DNA of 64,000 nucleotides from assembly GCA_965223415.1 (NCBI GenBank), contig OZ245002.1, positions 5,376,001 to 5,440,000 on the forward strand. Reading direction: 5' to 3'. Below the pieces are notes generated by a model. The model saw only the letters and a list, made by a program, of their open reading frames with translations. It was not told where the DNA came from and did not search any database. The position numbers and the translations under genes are program-made. This document shows, piece after piece, positions 1 to 10,274 of this stretch; the first letter of the stretch is position 1, and the number at the start of each line of letters is the position of its first letter. Origin of the DNA: Myxococcota bacterium (GTDB lineage Bacteria; Myxococcota_A; UBA9160; UBA6930).

Positions 1-171
1 CAGCGCCTCGGCCCCACCGCCCGCGATCTCGGCAGCGGCTGCCTCGGCGCGGCCCGGGTCGACGTCGTTCACGAGGACTCGGGCCCCCGCGCCGGCGAGC
101 CGCCTTGCAATGCCGAGGCCCATGCCCTGGCCCGCGCCGGTGATGAGAGCCGTTCGGGTCGTCGTCGTCAT
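1..171 (-). CDS. SDR family oxidoreductase, N-terminus (runs off window)
   Basis: Translates as [25 protein letters not shown], with the TGxxxGxG Rossmann motif. Confidence 0.8.
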   Translation of the reverse strand, partial: MTTTTRTALITGAGQGMGLGIARRLAGAGARVLVNDVDPGRAEAAAAEIAGGGAEAL

Positions 172-371
172 CCGGGTTGCCTCTTCGTCGGGAGGGGCGG
201 AGCCGCCTGGGTCGGCGTCCATCCGCATGACTCTGCCCGCTCTCCAGAGCGATGTCAACACTGTTGACTTGGCGGGCGCGGCGTGCAAAGCTCGGTCCGT
301 CCTTGGAGAGCGACGTCCCTGTGGAGAAGCCGGGGGATCCCGGCCCACCCGGGCGCCGAGGAGGGAAACGG

Positions 372-1412
372 ATGACGTGGAAGGTGATCCAGTGGACGAC
401 GGGGCACGTCGGACGCGAGGCCGTGAAGGCCATCGTCGCGCACCCCGAGCTCGAGCTGGTGGGCGCCTACGCCTGGAGCCCCGAGAAGGAAGGCAGCGAC
501 GTGGGCGAGCTGTGCGGGATCGGCCGCCTGGGCGTGAACGCCACGAACGACGTCGAGGCGCTCGTCGCGCTCGGCGCGGACTGTGTCTGCTACACGCCCA
601 ACCATCCGGACCTGGACGAGATCTGCCGGCTCCTCGAGTCCGGGCTGAACGTCGCCGCGAGCAACGTCACGAACTTCCGCAGCATGGGCGACGCCGCGCG
701 TGCCCGGGTCGAGAAGGCTGCCGCCGGCGGCGGAGCCAGCGTGTTCGGCACCGGCATCTTCCCCGGCTTCGCCAACTACATCGCCGCCCAGATGGCGACG
801 GTGAGCCAGGGCTTCCACCGGGTCCGCTTCCTCGAGGCCGTGGACGTCTCGACCTATCACGCCATCCACAACTACGCGAACCTCGGCTGGGGCCAGCCCC
901 CCGAGCCAAAGTGGGAGGAGGCCAGCCGTCAGGTGCTGGGCTTCTACGACGAGTGTCTCGACGTGATGGCCGGGATGCTGCGCGTGCCCGTCGCGGAGCG
1001 GCGCTTCACCTGCGAGTGGGCGATCACGCCCGACGACCGCGAGTACTTCGGCTTCGCGCTCCAGGCCGGCACGATCGCGGGGCAGAAGTCGACGTGGCAG
1101 GCCTTCGTCGCGGGCGAATCGGAGGCGGTGCTCGAGCTCGACGTGTGCTGGGTGGCGGGCCCCGGCCTCGAACCGGAGTGGCCGATCCACCACGGCTACA
1201 CGATGGAGGTCGAGGGCAACCCGAACGTGCAGACGCGTGTCCGGTTCCATCCGCAGAAGCAGGGGCGCCTCGAGGACTACCTCGACATGTCGAACACGAT
1301 CACGTCGATGCCGGTAGTCGCCGCGATCCCGACGGTCTGCGCCGCGGAGCCGGGCATCCGTACGTACACCGACCTGCCCCTCATCACGGGCCACTACTCA
1401 CCCTCCGCCTGA
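372..1412 (+). CDS. Dihydrodipicolinate reductase-like / diaminopentanoate dehydrogenase-like oxidoreductase
   Basis: [14 protein letters not shown]...LELVG...K.G.D.GEL; RBS GAGGAG upstream. Confidence 0.75.
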   Translation: MTWKVIQWTTGHVGREAVKAIVAHPELELVGAYAWSPEKEGSDVGELCGIGRLGVNATNDVEALVALGADCVCYTPNHPDLDEICRLLESGLNVAASNVTNFRSMGDAARARVEKAAAGGGASVFGTGIFPGFANYIAAQMATVSQGFHRVRFLEAVDVSTYHAIHNYANLGWGQPPEPKWEEASRQVLGFYDECLDVMAGMLRVPVAERRFTCEWAITPDDREYFGFALQAGTIAGQKSTWQAFVAGESEAVLELDVCWVAGPGLEPEWPIHHGYTMEVEGNPNVQTRVRFHPQKQGRLEDYLDMSNTITSMPVVAAIPTVCAAEPGIRTYTDLPLITGHYSPSA

Positions 1413-1437
1413 GGCACTCGACACCGGAGCCCGGAAC

Positions 1438-3666
1438 ATGCGCGTCCGAACCGTTGCCCTTCGAATCGCGGTCGCCGCTGCCCTCGTGGTCGCGGCCGCG
1501 CTGGCGGCCCTGTACTGGATCGGTGCCGGCGGCCCGGGTGAGCGATGGGAGGAAGGGGCGCCCACTGCCACTCCGCTCGCGGACACGACCATCGACCAAC
1601 GGGACACGCGGCGGGCGTCTGCGGCCCCGGCGGGCGCGGAATCGAAGCAGATCCTCTTCGGCGACCTGCACGTCCACTCGACCTTCTCGCTCGACGCGTT
1701 CGCCATGGCCCTGCCCATCGTCGGCGGAGCGGGGGCTCGGCCGATCTCCGACGCCTGCGACTTCGCCCGCTTCTGCTCCGGGCTCGACTTCTGGAGCATC
1801 AACGACCACGCCATCGGCCTCACCCCCTGGAAGTGGCAGCAGAGCATCGAGGCGATCCGGCAGTGCGACGCGGTCGCCGGCGGGACGAACGACGTCACTC
1901 CCTTCCTCGGCTGGGAGTGGACCCAGGTCGGCATGACCCCCGCGAACCACTACGGGCACAAGAACGTGGTGCTCCGCGGGCTCGCGGACCGGGAGATCCC
2001 GGACCGACCGATCGCAGCGAAGGCGGATCGCGGGCTCGGCGACCAGGGCGCAGGGCGGATCTTCGGCGGACTGCTCGGCGCCATGGTGGCCAAGCAGGAG
2101 GTCTTCGATCTCGTGCGGGCCTTCGACGAGTCGGTGAGCTTCCCGAACTGCCCCTCCGGACTCCCCGTTCGCGAGCAGGTGCCGAACTGCCGGGACATCG
2201 TCGCGACGCCGGCAGAGCTCTTCGCACGACTCGACGACTGGGGCTTCGACTCGATCGTGATTCCCCACGGCACGACCTGGGGCGCCTACACCCCGCCGGG
2301 CGCGAACTGGGAGAAGCAGCTCGTCGGCGACATGCACGATCCCACGCGGCAGACATTGATCGAGGTGTTCTCGGGCCACGGCAACTCGGAGGAGCACCGG
2401 GCCTGGCGCGCCGTCCAGGCCGACGCCGACGGACGCCTCTCGTGCCCGCCGCCTTCCGCGGGCCATCTCTCGGGATGCTGGCGGGCGGGAGAGCTCGTCG
2501 AGGAGCGCTGCGTCGCCGCCGGCGAGAGCGCGGACGAGTGCGGGCAGCGCGTCGCCGAGGCGCGACGACACTTCGTGGAGGCCGGCCTTCCCGGGCACCT
2601 CACGGTCCCCGGCGCCGAGCCCCACGAGTGGCTCGACGCCGATCAGTGCCGCGACTGCTTCCAGCCGGCCTTCCGCTATCGCCCCGGAAGCTCGGCCCAG
2701 GCGATCCTCGCGATTCGCGACTTCGCCGTGGAAGGCGCACCGCGCCGCTTCGACATGGGATTCATCGCCTCGAGCGACAACCACTCCGCGCGCCCGGGAA
2801 CCGGGTACAAGGAGTTCGGCCGAACGGAGATGACCGACGCGCGGAGCATGCACCTCAGTCGCGTCCTCGACCCCGAAGCGCCGTCCACGGAACGCCCGGC
2901 GCACTCGGTCCCCGCCGAGCCGCCCTCGGGTCCCTTCACCCCGGTGGAGGCCGACGCCGAGCGGGGCGCCTCCTTCTTCGGGACGGGCGGCCTCGTAGCC
3001 GTCCACGCCGAGGGACGCGGGCGTGACGCCATCTGGCAGGCCTTCCAGCGGAAGGAGGTCTACGGGACGAGCGGGCCGCAGATCCTGCTCTGGTTCGATC
3101 TCGTGAACGGGCCCGGCGGCGACGGCGCGAGCCTGCCCATGGGCTCCGAGGTCGCCCGGTCGACGGCACCGGCCTTCCGCGTCCGCGCCGCCGGATCCTT
3201 CGAGCAGCGTCCCGGCTGTCCCGACGAATCGCGGGCCGCGCTCGGCCCCGAGCGGATCGCGTCCGTCTGCGGCGGGGAATGCGATCACCCGAGCGACATC
3301 CGCCGTCCGATCACCCGGATCGAGGTCGTCCGCATTCGACCCCAGGACCGGCCCGACGAGCCCCTCGACGCGCTCATCGAGGATCCCTGGCAGGTGTTGC
3401 CGTGCTCCGGCGGAGCCGATGGCTGCGCCGTGGAGTTCATCGACAGGGATTTCGAGGCGGCCTCGCGCGACACCCTCTACTACGTCCGCGCCATCGAGGC
3501 GCCGAGCCTCGCGATCGGCGCCGACGCCCAGGGCTGCCGATACGACGCCAGCGGGCGCTGCGTCGCAGTCGACCCGTGCGGGGACCGGCCGGCCGACGAC
3601 GACTGCCTCGCCGCGACCGAAGAGCGCGCGTGGTCCTCGCCCATCTTCATCGCCTTCGAGGAGTAG
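1438..3666 (+). CDS. DUF3604 domain protein (PHP-like metallohydrolase, N-terminal membrane anchor)
   Basis: FGDLHVHSTFSLDAF, DFWSINDH, ASSDNH, EVYGTSG, ERAWSSPI motifs. Confidence 0.85.
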   Translation: MRVRTVALRIAVAAALVVAAALAALYWIGAGGPGERWEEGAPTATPLADTTIDQRDTRRASAAPAGAESKQILFGDLHVHSTFSLDAFAMALPIVGGAGARPISDACDFARFCSGLDFWSINDHAIGLTPWKWQQSIEAIRQCDAVAGGTNDVTPFLGWEWTQVGMTPANHYGHKNVVLRGLADREIPDRPIAAKADRGLGDQGAGRIFGGLLGAMVAKQEVFDLVRAFDESVSFPNCPSGLPVREQVPNCRDIVATPAELFARLDDWGFDSIVIPHGTTWGAYTPPGANWEKQLVGDMHDPTRQTLIEVFSGHGNSEEHRAWRAVQADADGRLSCPPPSAGHLSGCWRAGELVEERCVAAGESADECGQRVAEARRHFVEAGLPGHLTVPGAEPHEWLDADQCRDCFQPAFRYRPGSSAQAILAIRDFAVEGAPRRFDMGFIASSDNHSARPGTGYKEFGRTEMTDARSMHLSRVLDPEAPSTERPAHSVPAEPPSGPFTPVEADAERGASFFGTGGLVAVHAEGRGRDAIWQAFQRKEVYGTSGPQILLWFDLVNGPGGDGASLPMGSEVARSTAPAFRVRAAGSFEQRPGCPDESRAALGPERIASVCGGECDHPSDIRRPITRIEVVRIRPQDRPDEPLDALIEDPWQVLPCSGGADGCAVEFIDRDFEAASRDTLYYVRAIEAPSLAIGADAQGCRYDASGRCVAVDPCGDRPADDDCLAATEERAWSSPIFIAFEE

Positions 3667-3672
3667 GATCCG

Positions 3673-4518
3673 ATGGAACGCCGGATTGCCTTCGTCAGCG
3701 GCGCGAGCCGCGGAATCGGAGCCGAAGCCGCGGTGGCGCTCGCGCGAGGCGGCTTCCACGTGGTGATCACCGCCCGGACCCTGGACGAGGGCGAGGCTCA
3801 CGACCACGTCGGGAAGGCTTCGGCGCTGCCGGGAAGCCTGCGCGCAACCGCGGCGGCCGTCGAGGCGGAAGGTGCCCGGGCGCTCTGCCTCCGGGCCGAC
3901 ATCCTCGATCCCGGCTCCATTTCGGCCGCAGCCCGGGCCGCGCTCGACGAGTTCGGCGGCATCGACCTCCTCCTGAACAACGCCGCCTATCAGGGGGCCG
4001 GAAACCAGGAGCGCCTCCTGGACGTCAGCGCGGACCAGGTGCGCGCCATCTACCAGGGGAACGTCCTCACGCCCCTGGCGCTGGTCCAGGCCTTCCTCCC
4101 GACCATGCTGGAGCGGAGCGGCGGCACGATCCTCAACATGCTCTCGGCGACCGCGTTCCTCGACCCGCCGGCGCCCGCCGACGAGGGGGGCTGGGGCTTC
4201 GCCTACCCCGCCTCGAAGGCCGCGCTCGGGCGGATGGCCGGCTCCCTGCGCGCGGAGCACCTCGGTGCGCCGTTGCGGGTCTTCAACATCGAGCCGGGCA
4301 TGGTGGTCACCGAGCTCATGAAGGCGCACGGCATCGACGAAGCGGTGCTGAAGCGCTTCAAGCCGACGAGTGCGGCCAGCGTCGGCGCGGTCGTGGCCTG
4401 GCTGGCCGAGAACGACCCCCGCGAGGCGTGGACGCACGAGCCGTGCCTACGGGCGCCAGCGATCGCGAAGGAGCTGGGCCTTCTCGACGTGAAGTCGTTC
4501 CTGGGCGAGCGGACCTAG
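3673..4518 (+). CDS. SDR family oxidoreductase
   Basis: SGASRGIG, LNNA, YPASK. Confidence 0.85.
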   Translation: MERRIAFVSGASRGIGAEAAVALARGGFHVVITARTLDEGEAHDHVGKASALPGSLRATAAAVEAEGARALCLRADILDPGSISAAARAALDEFGGIDLLLNNAAYQGAGNQERLLDVSADQVRAIYQGNVLTPLALVQAFLPTMLERSGGTILNMLSATAFLDPPAPADEGGWGFAYPASKAALGRMAGSLRAEHLGAPLRVFNIEPGMVVTELMKAHGIDEAVLKRFKPTSAASVGAVVAWLAENDPREAWTHEPCLRAPAIAKELGLLDVKSFLGERT

Positions 4519-4598
4519 GAGCTCGGAGCGCCGCCGGGCACGCCCAGGTTGGCGCCACGCCCTGCAGATGCTCGCGAGCCCGCTTCCGCTCAGAGGAG

Positions 4599-5414
4599 TC
4601 ACTCGCGGCACTCGCACTGGTTCTCGTCGTCTCGGCCTGTGAGGTACGAGCGGAAAGCTCGACCGTTGCGATCTCGCCTGAGAGGGGACGGATCGCCGGA
4701 CGCCACCGGCCAAGGCACCGTATCTGGCACGCCGGGAGGGATGGCTCGCTTCCCGAGGAAGCGCCTCCACGGCCGGCTTTCTCGGGCCGACTCAGTCCGC
4801 CGCGCCTTCTGCTGGTAGCGGTCGTGGAGCTCTTCGGTGGTGGCGTCACTCTCCCGGTCATCGACGGGGCCCCGTGGATCCTCTCGATTCGCGATGAGGT
4901 TGAGCATGACGACCGCGCCACGATACGACCCCTCGAACAACTCGCTCCAGCGCTCGGCATACCGGGCATCGGGAACCACTTCCTCGAGGGGCGCCGATGC
5001 GCCCGGATCGATTGACTCGTCGCCCCGGTAGCACCGCAGCCGCAGGTTCAAGAAGTAGAGGAGCTCGGGTGCGCCGGGCGTGACCTCCATGAGGTGGTAG
5101 CGGAGTAGGCTCTCCTCCGCGGCGATCCGCCCGAGGAATGCCTCGTAGTCGGCCGGGCTCTGGAAGTCCACGATCACGACCTCGTCCCAAGCGCCCAGGT
5201 CTTCGCCGGCCATCTGGATCGGCTCGAACCCGGCGAACGCCAGGTCGCCGCTCTCGAAGAGCGGGCTCTCCGGAGCGCGCTCCCAGGAGGCACCCTCCCC
5301 GTACTCCAGGAACACACACGCCGACTGAGCGGGCAGCAGGAGGCTCCGAATCCCGAGTCCGACGAGGACCGCGACGAGCAGCGCGCCAAGAACGCGCGCC
5401 CAGCGCTTGGCCAT
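4599..5414 (-). pseudogene. Membrane-anchored hypothetical protein (DUF1330-like), probably 3'-truncated near 4800
   Basis: Signal anchor and VMLNL..R motif; C-terminus becomes implausible and reads across the tRNA-Arg fragment at 4725. Confidence 0.45.
4725..4742 (-). repeat. tRNA-Arg 3'-end fragment (candidate outer att site)
   Basis: TGGCACGCCGGGAGGGAT identical to 43347-43364; reverse complement ends in GCCA. Confidence 0.65.
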
Positions 5415-5513
5415 GACGAGACACTCCTTGGGCCGGTCTCGAGCGGTCCGCTCGGTGGAGCTCCCCGAGCGCGCCTCGCATCGAGTGCGGAGGAACGACG
5501 TGGAGATCCGCCG

Positions 5514-5942
5514 CTACGTGTCGCTCGGCGCCCCCTCTTTCGCAGGCTGGATGAACTCGAGCGAGATGCCACACGCGTCCTTGCGGCTCACGAAGGCCAC
5601 CTGGTTGCCGTGGAATTCCTCGAGGGAGGAGAACGCGATGCCGCGCCTCGCGAGTTCCGCCTGCGCGTGGTCCATGTCGTCAACGGAGAAGCAGATCGAA
5701 TCGATCCCCTCTCCGTGCCGCTCGATGACTCGCATCAACGAGCTGTCCGGACCGCCCGGCACCATGACGTCGAAGGTCACGCCACCGACGTCGAAGAAGG
5801 CGCCATCGAAATCACCCCTCGTATTCGCGCCACGGTCGGGACCGGCCGTGGCGCCGAGCACGTCCACCAGCAGGTGCTCGATGCGATCCCTGGAGCGCAC
5901 CCGCAGGTTGATCTTCATGAGCTTGGACACGACATCGGGCAT
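5514..5942 (-). CDS. VOC family protein (methylmalonyl-CoA epimerase-like)
   Basis: IERHGEGIDSICFSVDD and GISLEFIQ motifs. Confidence 0.75.
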   Translation of the reverse strand: MPDVVSKLMKINLRVRSRDRIEHLLVDVLGATAGPDRGANTRGDFDGAFFDVGGVTFDVMVPGGPDSSLMRVIERHGEGIDSICFSVDDMDHAQAELARRGIAFSSLEEFHGNQVAFVSRKDACGISLEFIQPAKEGAPSDT

Positions 5943-6129
5943 GTTCCTTCTCCCCGGTGATTCTCGTTTCGCCGCCGGACGATAGCGCGACGGGAGTGCC
6001 AACCGGCTCGGCACGGTTCCTTCCGGGGCGTTCTCCTGCACCATGAGAGTTCAGTGGGCCGGTCCTGGAAGGCCTCACGCCGCTGGTGCAACTTCCGACC
6101 CAATCGATCGTTGACCCAATGGAGCCTCC

Positions 6130-6576
6130 ATGAACAAGCTACTGAAATGGATCGGCGGCATCGTCGGACTCTACGTCGTCTTCGTCGTGATCTTCGAATC
6201 CGTCTACCTCGGCCACTTGCAGCCGAGCTTCGAGGAACGTGGCATCCCGATGCTCGACATCGTCACGAAGGACGAGGCCGGGCAACCCACCAAACGCCGC
6301 CTGGCCCGGCTCGAATCGGCCTCCGGACCGATGTACGTGTCCGCGCACCATTGGACGCGCGGCTGGTACCACGAGCTGGTCGCCCACCCGGAGGTCCGCG
6401 TGGAGTTCGACGGCAAGTCTGCTGACTACGTCGCCGTCGTCATCACCGGGGACGAGTTCGATCGGATCGCCGCCGAATTCCCCCTCCCGCTCTTCATGCA
6501 GTTCCTGATGGGTTTTCCGCCGGGGCGTGAAATCGTGCGCCTCGACCCGGTGTCGAGCGGGGCCCAGCGCCCATGA
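6130..6576 (+). CDS. Membrane-anchored nitroreductase/deazaflavin-dependent oxidoreductase-like protein
   Basis: N-terminal TM; RGWYHELVAHPEVRVE and IVRLDP resemble the DUF385 fold. Confidence 0.55.
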   Translation: MNKLLKWIGGIVGLYVVFVVIFESVYLGHLQPSFEERGIPMLDIVTKDEAGQPTKRRLARLESASGPMYVSAHHWTRGWYHELVAHPEVRVEFDGKSADYVAVVITGDEFDRIAAEFPLPLFMQFLMGFPPGREIVRLDPVSSGAQRP

Positions 6577-6837
6577 GCACCGAAGCCCTGTCGACCTTCC
6601 CGCCGCAGAAACGCGTCGCGCTCATCGATCCCTTCATCACGCTCTTCGTGGTACCGGCGGGCTACGTGATCCTGGAGGACCTGCGTGGGGCGCGGGGCCG
6701 GGGAGCCGCCGAGGAGGCCGGGATCCCGGCCGAGGAGGCCGCCTAGGCCACGCTGTGCCGACCCGCGGGGAGCCCTCTCGACCGCAGTTGCCCCGCGGGG
6801 TCAAGATCGTGACTCAGCTCACCGAAGAAGCTGGGGA

Positions 6838-7386
6838 ATGCCCCCTTTCCCCCTCAGTCCGTTTCGCCAGACCGTCCGCAGGGCGACGCTCGCGTTCGCG
6901 CTGGCCCTGGTGGCCGCGTCTGCCGCCGGCGCCAGTCCGCTGCTGGCCGGGGCCGATCACAGTGGCGAGAACCACGCGAACGAGGTGCACGCCGGAGCGC
7001 ACCTCGACGGCATCATCCTGTCGAGCGCGAACCTCCGGAACACCGACTTCAGCGGCACGAGCTTCCTGGGCGCGTTCTTCCTCTCCGCCCAGCTCCGCGG
7101 AGCCACCTTCGCTGGCGCCGACCTGACGAACGCGAACCTGTCCGGCTCCCAGCTCCGCAACGCGAACTTCACCAACGCGACGCTCGTCGGCGCCGATCTC
7201 TCCGGGACGGCGAATTGGGACCGCGCGACCTGGACCGGTGCGACCTACGACCTCGCGACCCTGTTCCCCGCCGGCATGGACCCGGTCGCCGAAGGCATGA
7301 TCCTCGCCCCCGAGGCCTCGGTCGCTGCCCTGCTGGCGCTCGCGGGCCTCGCGCTCGCGACGCGGCGGCGCTGCCAGCGCGCCTAG
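6838..7386 (+). CDS. Secreted pentapeptide-repeat protein with PEP-CTERM-like tail
   Basis: Signal peptide; A(D/N)L/Fxx repeats; C-terminal APE + hydrophobic helix + RRR. Confidence 0.75.
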   Translation: MPPFPLSPFRQTVRRATLAFALALVAASAAGASPLLAGADHSGENHANEVHAGAHLDGIILSSANLRNTDFSGTSFLGAFFLSAQLRGATFAGADLTNANLSGSQLRNANFTNATLVGADLSGTANWDRATWTGATYDLATLFPAGMDPVAEGMILAPEASVAALLALAGLALATRRRCQRA

Positions 7387-7527
7387 CCCCGTCGATCCGC
7401 GCAGGCGTCGCGGGGAACTGGCGGAGCCTCTTGGATCCCCTCGGGGTGACGATCGTCGGTTAACTCGAATGGGCGCCGGCCTTCGCCCCGCGCCCATCCG
7501 CCTGAACGCTCGCCGTGTGCGCCCTAC

Positions 7528-7545
7528 ACCCCAGGTTCGAAGCCC
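7528..7545 (-). repeat. tRNA-Arg(TCG) anticodon-arm fragment
   Basis: ACCCCAGGTTCGAAGCCC, core shared with the Arg sites at 15942, 40915, 43347 and 46703. Confidence 0.6.
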
Positions 7546-8500
7546 GTGAAGAGGATGAGGAATGACACGGACTTGCGAGTCGTCGCACTGCAGGAGGCTG
7601 CCATAGCCTGCATTGAGGGGGCGTTTCAACTGCACCAGATCCAGCGCGGTACTACCCGGCGCCCTCCAAGGAGCGTCTCGCTTTCGAAATTACCAGCGAG
7701 GGCATCTTCAACTAGACTCGCCTACAGCGAAGTGATGCCTGCACGGATTCAGAGCGAGACGTCGCTCGAGTCAGCATCGGGCCCCGCGCCTCGGCCGTCC
7801 GCAGGCTTCAGATGCCGCTCACCGTGGCGCCGAGGCGCCTCACGTCTTCGAGGAGCCGTCTTGGATCGACCACACACCCCATGTAGCTCAGACCGGGCCG
7901 TTGGATCGTGCCGTCGAGAAGCTGTAACGCGCAGGCAACCAATGGAAACGCCGTGATCTCGTATCCGTCTTCGTGACTGACGAGCACTCCGAGACGCTCT
8001 GGAGAATCTTCGACGAGGGCCTCGGCCTCCAGTTTGATCCGGACGCTATAGGGTGGCTTCGTGAAGCGGCGATTCGCCTTCACGAAGAGGCGCGCACACC
8101 GGCGAATCGCGCTCTCGCTCCTCCCGAGTCCCAGGAGCTTGAAAAGGAAGACGAATAGATCGATGACGGGGCTGACGCCCGCAGAGTGGGCCGAGAGGTG
8201 TTTCACATCCAGCTGTTCAGGCAGCTCTCGCAGCTCGACCAGATCCATCGGGTAGCACTGCAATGCGCCGAATGGATCTCCGAACTCAACGCTCCGGGTT
8301 GCTATGAGCTTTGCCTTTTTCCATTCGCCGTCACTGAACTCCATTGCTGGGGTTGCAGCCAGCCGCAACAGATCGATCGACGATCCCAGTGCGAGTTCGG
8401 GACCCCTGATGAAGCCCGAGACGTTGGCTGCCTGCAGCTTGCCCTGTCCCCCCTGGCGGTTGACACGATCTGAGCTGGGAATCCCCTCCTGGTTGCGGCC

Positions 8501-9388
8501 TCAAGCGGCCTGGTTGAACTCGATACCGAGGTTCTCGGCTCGTTTCTCGGCAGGCGTCATCCAGCCGAGAGCTTGGTGAGGCCGGACGTGGTTGTAGACG
8601 TGCAGCCACTGCTTCACGGCCTCGCGAAGCTCGGCGACGGTCTGCCAGTCTTGCGTCCAGATCAGCTCCACCTTCAGCGTCTGGATGAAGCGCTCGGCGA
8701 CGGCGTTGCCCGTGGGTCGGCCCACGGGCGCGAACGTGTGGTCGAGGCGCCAGGCCTTGCAGAGGGCCTCGCAGTCCGAGCCCGTGTACTGCGGCCCGTG
8801 GTCGCTGCGAAGCTCCAGCCCCTCGGGCACCGACGCGCGCGACCCGAAGGCCTCTTCGAGGCTCCGTTCGACCGGCGCCAGGACGGCGGGCGACTCCTGG
8901 GACTTCGTCACCTCGACGTCGAACACCACCCGGTCGCCGCAGTCGATGACCGGGACCAAGGCTACGGTGCCCTCCTGGGCCGTCCAGGTCGTCGTCAGGT
9001 CCGTGGCCCAGCGCCGGTTCGATTCCGGCACCGCCACATGCCCTCCCTGGAGCGGCTGGGCCCGCTCCGAGATCGGCGGCAGGCAAAGCCCCAAGGCCTT
9101 CATCCGCTTCCAGACCCGCTTGCGCGACACGACCGTCCCCAGCCGCCGCAGGTACGCCCAGACCTTGCGAACGCCCCAGGCCGGAAACTCGGCCACCACG
9201 TCCTTGATCTTCTCGATCAGCGTCGCATCCGAGACCCACGGCCCCCGGCGCTCCGGACGCCGGAGGGCTTCCGGCTCCTGCGCCGAGGACGGCGCCTTGC
9301 GCGCCGTGTAGTACGCCTGGCGCGAGATCCCGAAGGCCTCGCACAGCTGCCCCACCCTGGCCTCACCCCGGGACGTGGTGAGGCTCAT
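8501..9388 (-). CDS. IS3-like transposase OrfB (DDE/rve)
   Basis: WATDLT, LRSDHGPQY, NAVAERF..TLK.E, YNHVRPH. Confidence 0.9.
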   Translation of the reverse strand: MSLTTSRGEARVGQLCEAFGISRQAYYTARKAPSSAQEPEALRRPERRGPWVSDATLIEKIKDVVAEFPAWGVRKVWAYLRRLGTVVSRKRVWKRMKALGLCLPPISERAQPLQGGHVAVPESNRRWATDLTTTWTAQEGTVALVPVIDCGDRVVFDVEVTKSQESPAVLAPVERSLEEAFGSRASVPEGLELRSDHGPQYTGSDCEALCKAWRLDHTFAPVGRPTGNAVAERFIQTLKVELIWTQDWQTVAELREAVKQWLHVYNHVRPHQALGWMTPAEKRAENLGIEFNQAA

Positions 9389-9795
9389 CGTCGAGACCTC
9401 CCGGGCCGTGAAGGGCGGTCCTTGAGCGCCCGATCCACCAGCTCGTGCTTGATCGCCAGGTGCGTGAAGGCCTTCTCCAGGCTCCCGAGCTCCTTCTCCA
9501 GCTGCAGCTCCCGGGCCGACTTGCCCGAGCCCTGGCGCAGCGCCTGGCCGATGCCCTCCATCGCCTGCTCCCGCCAGCCCTCCACCGTGCTCGCGCGAAC
9601 GCCGAAACGCCGGGCAATCTGGTCCACGCTGGCCTTGCCGCTCAAGAGCTCCAGCACCGCCTCTGTCCGCTCCTCGGTGCTACGACGACCCGGCCGGCCG
9701 CGCACGGGGTCGCCGAGGGCCTCCGCCTCGCTCCGCTCGGCTCCGCCCCTCGGCGACCCCGAACCCCTTCGACTCCTGCTCTGCTTCCTGCTCAT
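9385..9795 (-). CDS. IS3-like transposase OrfA (HTH)
   Basis: AVLELLSGKASVDQIARRFGV; ATGA overlap with OrfB. Confidence 0.8.
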   Translation of the reverse strand: MSRKQSRSRRGSGSPRGGAERSEAEALGDPVRGRPGRRSTEERTEAVLELLSGKASVDQIARRFGVRASTVEGWREQAMEGIGQALRQGSGKSARELQLEKELGSLEKAFTHLAIKHELVDRALKDRPSRPGRSRR

Positions 9796-10274
9796 CTTCC
9801 CCTCTCTGCGAAGGGGATTTCCTAACCCGAATGTGTCAACCCAGCAAAGGGGGACGCGGTAGTTGGCTGCCTGCAGCTCTCCAAGTTGATCTGCTGCCAG
9901 GCGTACCAGGGTGGCGGGCAATCCGGGAAGCGCTCCGGCCTCCGTGATGAAGCGGAGGCCAGAGCGCTCGATCGTCGGTCCGAGGTCGCGGAGTGCCGCG
10001 GCCTTCTGCAGCCCCAGGCTGATGTCGATCCAGTCGACGCCAGCCTCGATCGCGGTCAGGGCCACGCGGTGCGCGATTCCTTCGAGGGGGATGCAGACGA
10101 TGATGAGATCGCAGCCTTCCAGCCCGGTTGTAAGGGATGCCGCGTCGTTGGCGTCGACCTGCGCGGCGCCCACGCGCTCAGGGTCGAGCCCTGTCGCAGG
10201 ACGTGATATTCGAGGGCTAAGAGGACACGTAGATTTGCGCACCTCCTGTTGAGCCGCTGCGCGGCACGTTCCCC

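Larger units (their letters stand above)
8440..9861 (-). mobile_element. IS3-like two-ORF insertion sequence with 17-bp target duplication
   Basis: Imperfect IRs (GTCCCCC..GGTTGACAC); GTTGGCTGCCTGCAGCT at 8423-8439 and 9862-9878. Confidence 0.85.

Noticed and set aside
1384..4437. 1017-aa minus-strand ORF and similar long Arg/Pro/Gly-rich ORFs
   Set aside because: These are shadow frames of real genes in high-GC DNA and have no motifs.
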